Made by a program: the position numbers and the translations under genes. A DNA stretch of 63,929 nucleotides, the filler included, from Vezdaea acicularis (taxonomy: Eukaryota), in NCBI GenBank assembly GCA_026025075.1. It is 3 parts of 3 records of this genome, joined end to end, with 100 filler letters (N's around TTAATTAATTAA, not from the genome) between each part and the next. Parts side by side here need not be neighbours in the genome. Positions count along the whole stretch, not along the records: positions 1 to 28,223 come from JAPEUI010000172.1; 2 more parts are not named here. The stretch is one strand, 5' to 3'. A model generated the notes under the pieces. The model saw nothing but the letters and a program-made list of their open reading frames with translations, was not told where the DNA came from and did no database searches. Position 1 is the stretch's first letter. Each line of letters opens with the position of its first letter. Below, piece by piece: positions 1-9,000 of this stretch.

Positions 1-1
1 G

Positions 2-236
2 TCAGACCGCCTTCCCCAACTTCAATGGCACGGTGCAGAGCCAAGCCCTACCGACCGATGGCAGCTTGCCGCAGTGTTTCTTCAATCTGCCCGTTATCAA
101 GGCTCCCATCAGTCCTTGCTTGGCGATCACTGAGAACGGACAGCAGTTGCCGTCGAATCTAGGGTTCACGGAAGGAAATTGCACGCCGGAACTCAAGAAC
201 CCGCCAGGCGGCGCCAACGGCAGGAATCCGAACTAG
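2..236 (+). CDS. 3' end of a gene truncated by the window edge (hypothetical protein)
   Basis: Frame is open from the window edge (QTAFPNFNGTVQSQALPTDG...PGGANGRNPN) to TAG at 234-236. GC-rich, coding-like sequence is followed by AT-richer UTR-like sequence. No recognisable domain. Confidence 0.45.
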   Translation, partial: QTAFPNFNGTVQSQALPTDGSLPQCFFNLPVIKAPISPCLAITENGQQLPSNLGFTEGNCTPELKNPPGGANGRNPN

Positions 237-1025
237 TAGATGTCGGAGCAGAGCTAGAGCGTAGCAGAACGCAGATCGTGTGCACGTTCAACAGAGCTAC
301 GGCTAAGTCGCAGAGACGGGTAGGAGCATTGGTATATGGGAGGTGCGAAAGGAGAGTTGGGAGAAAATGAATTGTTGGTTACTCGTTCTCTAGAATAGAT
401 AGATAAAAGATTTATTTTCACGTACATTCCAAGCTTCAACAGAGTGATCACCCATGGAAAAACGATCAAAATTACTTGAAGCCAGCCAAATCTCTCTCCC
501 TCTACCTATATGAATAGTAGATTTTACGTGACTATACTATTCAAAAATGACCAATATACTTAGCGTAGTCCCTAGCTAAGCCTCTTGAAATCGCTGCATA
601 GCTAACAGTTTTCTGCACGACTCCGCTACGAGCACGTTTGGGAGGTTGTTGTGGACCAATAGTATTCTTGATAGTCCGCCGAAATTTGCAGCGTCGCGGT
701 GTTATTTAAGCGAGAATCCGGGGAAGACTTCGGTGTCGATGTCATAGATTAGAAACCCACTAAATCTTTTGTCGATCGGGCTAAATAACGCCCGAGCTCC
801 GATCTTCAAATATCATCCTCTATGCTCCAGCCCCACGCTTCCTTTCCCTATTAAAGTCTGAAGCAAAAGTGTAATGATACCTTTTTCAAGCCCAAAAACA
901 GCCCGTAGTACGGCTTAACTGGAAGCCATTCAACAAGGACAGTGCTCGTCTTTAGGCTCAGGATACCCACCCTTTAAGTGCTTTAATCTACTTTCCCCCC
1001 CCCTCATTCTATATTAAAGCTAGCC

Positions 1026-2255
1026 ATGCGCGTCCTGATCAGTGGGGCGGGCATCGCTGGGCCCACGCTGGCGTGGTTCCTGGCAAAGGCCGGCGCACGC
1101 GTCAACATCGTCGAGAAGAGCCGCTCTCTCCTTCGCCAGGGACAGAACATTGATATCGAGGGCAGCGCAATCACAGCTATCAAAAAGATGGGGCTCTTGG
1201 AGGAAATTCGACGATTCAACACGACGGAAAAGGGCACGCAATTTATCGACTCAAAAGGACGGCCATTTGCACCCTTTCCACAAAAAGGTTCCTCTGCTAG
1301 CCCGACCTCGGAATTCGAGATCCTTCGTGGAGACTTGGCAGAGGTCCTTTATGAGGCTACGAAAGACCATCCAAACGTCCACTACTCGTTCGGAACTACG
1401 ATAAAGGAAGTCGTCTCAAATGACCAAGACACCGTCAAGGTCGAGTTGAGCAACGGGGAAGTGCAGGAGTATGACCTCTTAGTCGCAGCGGACGGCCAGT
1501 GGTCGAAGGTGCGAAAGCAGTGCTTCCCCCCAGAGTCTGTCAGTCTGGTCGATAAGGGCATGTATACCGTCTACTGGAGCGTTCCGCGCCTACCCAGTGA
1601 CAATGACTGGTGGAACGTCTACCTGGCTCTTCATTCAAGGATTATCTCCCTTAGGCCGGACCCACACGGCACTATCAGGGCAATGTTTACACGCATGCCC
1701 TCCAATGATGTCCAGAAAAAGGCGTGGCTGGAGGCGTCTAAAAGCGATAGACAGGCGCAGGAAGAGCTCCTGAGAAGGGACTTCGGAGACGCGGGATGGC
1801 AGGCGCAGAGACTCTTGGACGCCATGGAGCAGGCGCCCGACTTCTACTTCCACGTGATCCAACAGGTCAAGATGTCGAAATGGTCCAGCTCTCGTGTGGT
1901 CTGTGTAGGGGACGCCGCCTATGCCCCTACGCCGCTCACGGGGATGGGTACTTCGCTGGCCATCATTGGGTCCTACGTTCTCGCCGGTGAACTGAGCAAG
2001 CTCGATGACGGGGAACATCCTTCGAAGGCGCTCCATGCTTACGAAAGCACCTTTCGCCCATTTGTCGAGGACATACAGAAGATCCCATTCTTTATCCCAG
2101 CCATTGCGCATCCTGAGACGGCGTGGAAGAGATGGCTGTTCCATGCCTTTATGTCGACACTCTCTAAGCTCGTGAAACTTCCATGGTTCGGAAGTAGATC
2201 CGGCGAGAGCAACGACGACGGATTTCCATTGCCGCAGTACCCGAAGCTTGGATGA
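1026..2255 (+). CDS. FAD-dependent monooxygenase/oxidoreductase (FAD_binding_3, UbiH-like family), intronless
   Basis: 409-aa ORF with N-terminal Rossmann motif VLISGAGIAG, DG motif LLVAADG and GD motif VVCVGDAAYAPTPLTGMG. Confidence 0.92.
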   Translation: MRVLISGAGIAGPTLAWFLAKAGARVNIVEKSRSLLRQGQNIDIEGSAITAIKKMGLLEEIRRFNTTEKGTQFIDSKGRPFAPFPQKGSSASPTSEFEILRGDLAEVLYEATKDHPNVHYSFGTTIKEVVSNDQDTVKVELSNGEVQEYDLLVAADGQWSKVRKQCFPPESVSLVDKGMYTVYWSVPRLPSDNDWWNVYLALHSRIISLRPDPHGTIRAMFTRMPSNDVQKKAWLEASKSDRQAQEELLRRDFGDAGWQAQRLLDAMEQAPDFYFHVIQQVKMSKWSSSRVVCVGDAAYAPTPLTGMGTSLAIIGSYVLAGELSKLDDGEHPSKALHAYESTFRPFVEDIQKIPFFIPAIAHPETAWKRWLFHAFMSTLSKLVKLPWFGSRSGESNDDGFPLPQYPKLG

Positions 2256-2646
2256 GAATGGTTATCGGTGAGGCAATGATGTCTTTGGAGGGTATGGGAA
2301 AGCCTTGCACATGTCCCCCTTTTGTTGCGAAAAGTCTTGCACCACCCTCAGTAGTTGGAATACGATGTCTGATGATCGGGCAGCAGGCCAGTTGAAGAAG
2401 GGCTACGTGATGGAGGAGAAGGGGTGATTTGATAGATCTTCTGCTGAGGGAAGGTCCCCTTTTGCCAGGCTCTTGTGGAAATGAGGTAAGGATACTTCTT
2501 TCTATCAAGATCTGACGAATTGGTCGAATTAGCTTGAACGCTGTTCAACAGTAATGGACTCCTATCAAATCCCTTAGCATTGTCCTTGATGATCGTTGAA
2601 CAGATACTGCAATTCCCGTCTAACCTTAAGACCATAACACAACCAT

Positions 2647-3285
2647 TCACACCTCCACCTCGCCCTCTTTTTCCTCCTCCTCCTTCCTCCCCCTCCCATT
2701 CCTCCTCCTCCACTCCCCAACCCCCCTATCAAACTCCCCCTTACTAACCCCACCCCTGACCAGACACATAACCACGCCCCACTCCTCCACATTGCGATTC
2801 CTCTCCTCATCATCAAAAAACAGCATTTCCTCAAACGGCACTCCAAACTTCTCCCTCAACCTCTTAAAATGCTCCTTCTTATTCCCCGGAAAGATCTCCA
2901 ACTCATCGAAAAACGCCCCCGCTTTCTCGCCACCCACCCACAAGCCATGCGGGCCGAGCAGCTTCCGCGCGAGACTCGGAGCGCTGGTGCGGCTTGCGGC
3001 AGCGAGTTTCACGCCTTTAGCTCGTAGCGCGAGAAGGATGTCGGGTACGTCGGGGTAGAATGTGAATTCGTCGCCGGAGCGGTCGATGATGGCCGTGTGT
3101 GCGGCATTCGCGGCTTTGATGGGAGTGCTGATGTGCGTGTCCACCCAGAAGGGCCAGAGGGTGTAGTCGAGGTCGAAGACGATGAGTTGGGGGAGGGGGA
3201 GGGAGTCAGTTAGGGTTGGTGGGGGCGTTGGGGGCATTGGAGTGGTTGGGGAGGACGGAGTGGTGGATATGGTTTTTTTGGGCAT
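2647..3285 (-). CDS. MDP1: Magnesium-dependent phosphatase 1 (HAD superfamily)
   Basis: LIVFDLDYTLWPFWVD (HAD motif I), ASRT (motif II) and MLFFDDEERN (motif IV). Intronless, 212 aa. Confidence 0.9.
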   Translation of the reverse strand: MPKKTISTTPSSPTTPMPPTPPPTLTDSLPLPQLIVFDLDYTLWPFWVDTHISTPIKAANAAHTAIIDRSGDEFTFYPDVPDILLALRAKGVKLAAASRTSAPSLARKLLGPHGLWVGGEKAGAFFDELEIFPGNKKEHFKRLREKFGVPFEEMLFFDDEERNRNVEEWGVVMCLVRGGVSKGEFDRGVGEWRRRNGRGRKEEEEKEGEVEV

Positions 3286-3614
3286 TGCGAAAGGAGAGCG
3301 ATGGGGGAGGGTGGGTGGAGGGAGGGGTGAAATTGAGATAATGTTTATGGGCGCGTAGAGGGCGTGCGGTGCGTGATGGTGTATGTATAGTTGTGGATTT
3401 TGGGGGGAAAAGACGAGATAAGGTGGTGACGTTCGAGTCGCGAAATTTTAAGCTTTTTCATTGCGACGTACGCTTTCGGGGTATGATGCACCACCCTTAG
3501 CATGCGGTTTTTCGTAAGCGAATGCCTTTACGAATAGGTGGATGGTAGCCCTTCGACCGCCTATTCGTAAAGGCATGAACCTTTAGCGAGCTTTTAGCTA
3601 CCGGCTGCCTGCGC

Positions 3615-3995
3615 TTCAAGCGCTCGAAGCCTGGGGCAGCCGGCTTCACCCCGGGGTTGCTGGGGCGCTTCCGCAAGCGCTTGAAGCGCTCAAAGCCCCG
3701 GGCAGCTGGCTTCGCTCCGGGCTCGCTGGGGCGCTCCCACAAGCGCTTAAAGCGCTTGAAGCTTGGAGCGGCTGGCTTTGCTCCGGGCTTGCTGAGGTGC
3801 TGCAGCAAATGCTGCTTCAAGCGCTTAAAGCGCTTGAAGCTCAGAGCAATCAGTTGTGCTCTGGGCTCGCTGGGGCGCTTTTTAGAGTGCTTGAAATGCT
3901 TTAAGCGCTTCAAGCTCCGGGCAGCCGGCTTCTCATTGAGTTTGCTAGAGCGCTCCTATGAGCGCTTCAAGCGTTTGAAACGCTTAAAGCGCAAT
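3615..3995. repeat. Left-arm tandem ~66-bp modules containing AAGCGCTT 9-mer sub-repeats
   Basis: Modules start at 3627, 3693 and 3759 (66-bp period), consensus approximately AAGCCYYGGGCAGCYGGCTTCGCTCCGGGCTCGCTGGGGCGCTYCC(AAGCGCTTV)n. They degenerate inward. Confidence 0.85.
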
Positions 3996-4529
3996 GCAAT
4001 TCACGCTCAAATTGCCTATTTTGAGCTTTTTGCACTGCTAAAAAAATATTTTTAATTATTGAATGGAATATTTTAGTATTTTAATATTATTAATTCATAG
4101 ATTAATTAATCTAATATTAAAAGTAAAAATAATTGATAAAAATAGTTAAAATCTTGTTAGATATTAATGAAAATAATTAATAGAAAAACATTGGTACGAT
4201 TTTATCAAGAATTTTTTTGGAGCAATAAAACAATTCATATTTTTAGAAATAACTAATACTAACATTTTTGAAAAATTCCTTGCAATTTGATATTTAGAAA
4301 ATAATTAAAACATGAGTCAATTAGATTTAATGGATGCGTTCATTTATTTTATTTGTGATATTTAAAAATTTATGCAGTTCATATTGATACATGTTGTATC
4401 ATAATTAATTTAATATTTTTAGAATAGTTGAAGCAATTAAAGTATTAAATATAAGCAAAACCGCAATTGCATAAAGATTTAAAATTTTTGATTTAATAAA
4501 CATGTTAAAAAAATGAATATATTAAATTT

Positions 4530-5030
4530 TAGGCATTTAAAGCACTTAAAATGCTTGTAGGAATGCTCCAATTAGTTTAAAGCGGAGCCAGCCGCCCCAG
4601 GCGTAAGCACTTAAAGTGCTTAAAATAGAGCTCTAGTGAGCCAAGAGCAGAGCCGGCTGCTCTGGACTTTAAGCGCTTTAAACACTTAAAGCAGAACCCT
4701 CAGCAAGCCTAGAGCAAAATTAGCTGCCTGACAATTTGAGCGCTTCAAGCGCTTCAAACGCTTGCAGAAGCGTCCCAGCAAACCCGGAGCGAAGCCAGCC
4801 GCCTGAGGATTTGAACGCTTCAAGCGCTTCAAGCGCTTGAAGTAGTGCCCTAGCAAGCCTGGAGCAAAGCCAGCCGCTTCAAGCTTCAAGCGCTTTAAGC
4901 GCTTGCGGGAGCGCCCCAGCGAGCCTGGAGCGAAGCCAGCTGCCTGGGGCTTTGAGCGCTTCAAGCGCTTGCGGGAGCGCCCCAGCGACCCCGGGGTGAA
5001 GCCGGCTGCCCCAGGCTTCGAGCGCTTGAA
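4530..5030. repeat. Right-arm tandem 66-75-bp modules (inverted relative to the left arm)
   Basis: Reverse-complement copies of the same module with variable numbers of AAGCGCTT 9-mers. There are more copies than in the left arm, and they become AT-richer toward the core. Confidence 0.85.
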
Positions 5031-5195
5031 GCACAGGCAGCCGGTAGCTAAAAGCTCGCTAACGGCTCATGCCTTTACGAATAGGCGGTCGAAGGGCTAC
5101 CATCCACCTATTCGTAAAGGCACTCGCTTACGAAAAACCGCATGCCAAGGGTGTGATGCACACCGGCAGAGCATTGGAACACGAAAAGTCTGGTT

Positions 5196-5654
5196 CACGT
5201 GATAGGGGTGGGCGGGCACGTGAGTGCCGGTTCTTGTGTCGCGTTAATTATTCTCAAAAGTCAGGACATAAAGGGAGCCGCATGTTCTTTACGCGGATGA
5301 TCGCGATGCAGAAAGTCCGTCTCACGTGCTAAAGAAGAAAAGCACGTGGAAATGATGTTTTCTTGTTGCATTAGAGTGACCCTGGGCATCGCTGATTCAA
5401 GCCGCCTTCGCAAGGGAGCCGCCTTGCTCGTGGAACAGTCGCTACGTGAAAACTCGTACCTCACGTGAATAGAAGGGACAAGCACGTGGGGTTGAGGTTT
5501 CCGTGTCGCATTACTGACTCTTAAGATGAGGGCATTATGGCTCCCGCAGGGTCTCCGCAATGCCAATCGAGCGGATCATGATCACGACGCAAAAATCCAT
5601 GACTCACGTGAGAACTGCAAAGATCACGTGAGGCAATATTTTTCACGTTGCATT
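5196..5654. promoter_or_regulatory. Array of four modules, each CACGTG-N14/15-CACGTG-N14/15-YGTYGCRTT (bHLH E-box cluster)
   Basis: Exact CACGTG at 5196, 5217, 5323, 5343, 5462, 5483, 5605 and 5625. Third motif at 5237, 5364, 5504 and 5646. Variants TACGTG at 5443 and CACGTT at 5644. Confidence 0.6.
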
Positions 5655-6025
5655 TTCAGGGAGCGCTCCCATTACATGAACACTCAAACCGCGCGGGGTG
5701 CCAAGCGAGATGGCACTCAGGGGAAGGGGGTGTGCGTAAATCGCGTAGGGCTGACGGAGCATATGAATACACGAGACATCCACTCACAGCGAGTAAAACG
5801 CGTGATATGAAATTTGAATTATGTTTCCAGAGCAAAATGCTACCATTCACCCAGAATCGCAAAGCTAGATGCTCTATATAGAGCCACGTACGCGCTAGAT
5901 CTCCCGTAAATGCTAAAGCGGAGTTCAGTCATATAGCAGGGAACAAGCACAAAAGCCCACTCAAGCCCATTCGAATATAGCCAGCACTTCGCCCTCCGTG
6001 ATATATCAGCAAGACATGTGAGAGG

Positions 6026-9000
6026 TCAGTAGAAATCGATAATATCAGCGAATTCGGCGAGGAGGTCTGGGTCAATGCCATCCATCTCTTCATGCATTGT
6101 CTCCCCCTTTCTAGAGATCAGGGAATCAGAGCCTTGAGCCAAAGAATGCGCTCCTTCGAGAACCGATCCCTCTGCCCCGTCAAGCCTTGGCGCCTTGGAG
6201 ATAGGCATTATTGCAGCTTCGTCATCGAGGCCGGAAGCTTCCATTGGCCTTTTGTTGCCGCCTTTATTACGGTTACTACCCACACCCAAGTCCACAGCTG
6301 AAATAGGACTACTCGTACGGAGAAACAATCCGTCTGAACCTTTCCCTAATGCAGCTGCAACCCCCGGTGCAACGGAGCCAGGTTTCGCCGGAGAGCTAGA
6401 GTAGTTCATTCTGATTGCGTTCTGTCGCGTCTCCAGGTCATCAACGTTCGCTTGTAAAGTATTGCTAATGCCGTTGGAGCTAGGAACTTGTGGTGAAGAT
6501 AGCTCCATCAAGTCGGCGAGTCCGGCCGTAGCTGCTTCTAGATCGGAAACGTCTTCCATATACTCGTCCTGTTGGGGGGTGAAATCGTCGTCGTCAAAGC
6601 TGTACTGCGGATCTTCGCCCCGCTGCTGGCTCTCTGTAAGAAGCGATGCAGGCAGATCGTCAATCCAGCCATCGTCGTACTCGTCTGAGACATTCTCTTC
6701 GGCAGGATACTTGCCATCGTCATTCAAGAATGCTAGATCGGGTTGATCCCCCTTTCTATAGGAGAACAGCGGCTGTTTCGTTCTTAGCAACTGGATGGGC
6801 TGCTTTTGGACACTACTGTGCAATTTGTTTAGTTTCCGATAGTCTTGAGACTTAAGCTGCTGGGATGGCGAGGAGGGCGTATCTTCGGATAAGTCGAGAA
6901 CTTCGACCGCAGATGGTTTCATCGACCGCGAATTGAAAAAAGTAGGCATAATAGTAGCTGCACATGGTGTCCCTTTTGCCTTAATATGTGTTTGGCCACC
7001 AATGGTCTTTGAAGTATCTGTAGAAGGATGTCCCTTCGGAGCCTTGGGAGGCCTGTCGAGCCCCTCACGACAGCATAGATGCTTGCAGCTGTTTAAGAGA
7101 TCAGCGATTATGCCTGAGCCTGACGTATATTCTCCCTCACCTGTTTCTATCCTTACACTTGTGATTGCATGCCCACTTGCCATTATCCAGCTTTGTTGGT
7201 TTCCAGCTCTCCTGACCACCTTCGATAAGCTCATGTAAGTCTTCAAAATGGTTCATTAGTTTTGGGGCTTTGGTTGTCAAAGCAGTCTTATTTGGCCGGT
7301 AAGGGAGGCTAGTTTGGCAAGATCGAGGAGGATATGAGTCTTCATCCGCTATGAGTAGGATGTCAGCGTATACCATAAAGACGCAGAATTGGTGTACTCA
7401 CCGACGTTCTGAAGGTCTTCATCGTTGAGATCATCATCGCCGTACTCACTCACATTTTCATGTACTCTGCGTGCCGTGGTGAAACCTCTAGATTCCACCC
7501 CGTTTTCAAATTCTGACTTTGCTTGGCTAGCATCCATTGGATTCGTACTTGAGGCTGACATCTGCTTTGGCCGTGTGGGAAATAATGATGCTGGTAGGTC
7601 GAGCTTCAGATCCGCATATCTCATTGATCCGGCTTCTATATGTCAGCCAAATTCTCGGGGGGCTTGAAAATCAAACCTACCAATTTCATCGCACATCACA
7701 AAACATGATACAAAGTCAGTCGGATCTCTCAATTGCGCAGTGAAAGCTACATTATGGTCTCTCCCGATCTTCTTTGCGCTATTTGAGCTTGGTTAGATTA
7801 GTCAACTCAAGCTAACAAAGGGGCACATACCTTATACGCCGGAACTCAACCAGCCTTCCGTCTGATACCTCTGCCAGAAAGCAGACGTAGATCGGCCTTT
7901 TCAACCAAAATGAGGGATTCTTCTCATTTAGGAACCCAATCTCGGCCCTAGCTTTGACAGTGACTCCTTCACCAGCTTTGACTTCCTTGGGAAGTGTGAG
8001 AGTACGCTCTATAGAGCTTGGCAATGATCTTACCTTCGTCACCATCGTAAGGGATACTCTCAGCTTCGGACAGTCTTTGAGGTAATCGAGAATCTTATTC
8101 CCAAAAGTGGTGTTGCGACTCAAGATCGTATCGATCTGATGGGCTTCTGTAGCCTCGAGGTCTTCTAGACTCCTGATATTTGCATTGACTAGCTTCCTCA
8201 CACCAACGTTTCCCAATTGGGGGATCTGTTTCATCTGCAGCGGCGAGTTGTCCCAGACTCGGGCAGCCAAACTCCTAGTGAGCTCGAGCGCATTGCGAGT
8301 AGCAACTGAGTCCTTCAAATGGATCTGGCAGTCCACGATGCATCTTGCCAAGCGGTTGACAGTTGAGAATATGACATTTTTATCCGTGTGGAACTGCTGC
8401 TTATACTTGCTAAAAGCCTCTTCTTTGGGAAACTCGATGCCACCCAGCTCGGATTGAATGATCAATGATATCTTGTGGCCTATAAGAGCAATATCAACTT
8501 TTATAGGGAACTTGATACCTGGTAACCTGTTGATCTCCTTCAAAAGTGCCTTCTCTGCACTCTTGAATCGGACCTCCTTGAATTCCTGCGCTTGGGCTAT
8601 TGCTGAGAGCTGAAGGTGTCAGCAAACTCCCTTATAGGGAAAGAAGACTGACAATTTCAGACATCTTGGCCTTGTTATTGAGAGCCATGATGGTTCTCAT
8701 AGTCTCAAAGGTAACATAGTACCTCGCCATTGCGTCTCCAAATTCGGTCGACTGTAAGCGCCCCTCTGCAGACACTAGCTGAACCTCCTTCAGCTGATTA
8801 ATATCACGCTCACAGATCTCTTCCATTCTTTCTTCGATATCTCTATGAGTGTTGCCGCCGTCAAGCTTATAATGGTTGGGGTTCTTTCGAAGCCTTACGG
8901 ATAGAAAAGTACCAGCAAGCCACCTCGTTGCTGAATGAAGGTCATTAACGGTCCCAAGACCAATTTCTGCATTCAGATGATCGATCAAATGAAGATGGAG

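Larger units (their letters stand above)
3492..5153. mobile_element. Non-autonomous foldback-like DNA transposon with long modular TIRs and 8-bp TSD
   Basis: Termini CACCCTT(A/G)GCATGCGGTTTTTCG at 3492 and its reverse complement ending at 5153. Direct repeat TGATGCAC at 3484-3491 and 5154-5161. Arms 3492-~3793 and ~4852-5153 differ at 12 positions by my count. Very AT-rich non-coding core at ~4020-4530. No transposase ORF. Confidence 0.88.

Noticed and set aside
3431..3439. GTTCGAGTC, resembling a tRNA T-loop/Pol III B-box
   Set aside because: No cloverleaf stems or A-box at a suitable distance. No tRNA, rRNA or snRNA gene was recognised anywhere in the window.
3615..5030. CRISPR-like appearance of palindromic repeats with regular spacing
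   Set aside because: The intervening sequences are themselves repeated rather than unique spacers, there are no cas genes, and the context is eukaryotic.
3497..5202. ORFs 3497-3913, 3657-4055, 4686-4964 and 4903-5202 encoding KRLKRFKR-rich peptides
   Set aside because: By-products of 9- and 66-bp repeats (multiples of 3) in the transposon arms. They appear mirrored on both strands, and I saw no protein domain in them.
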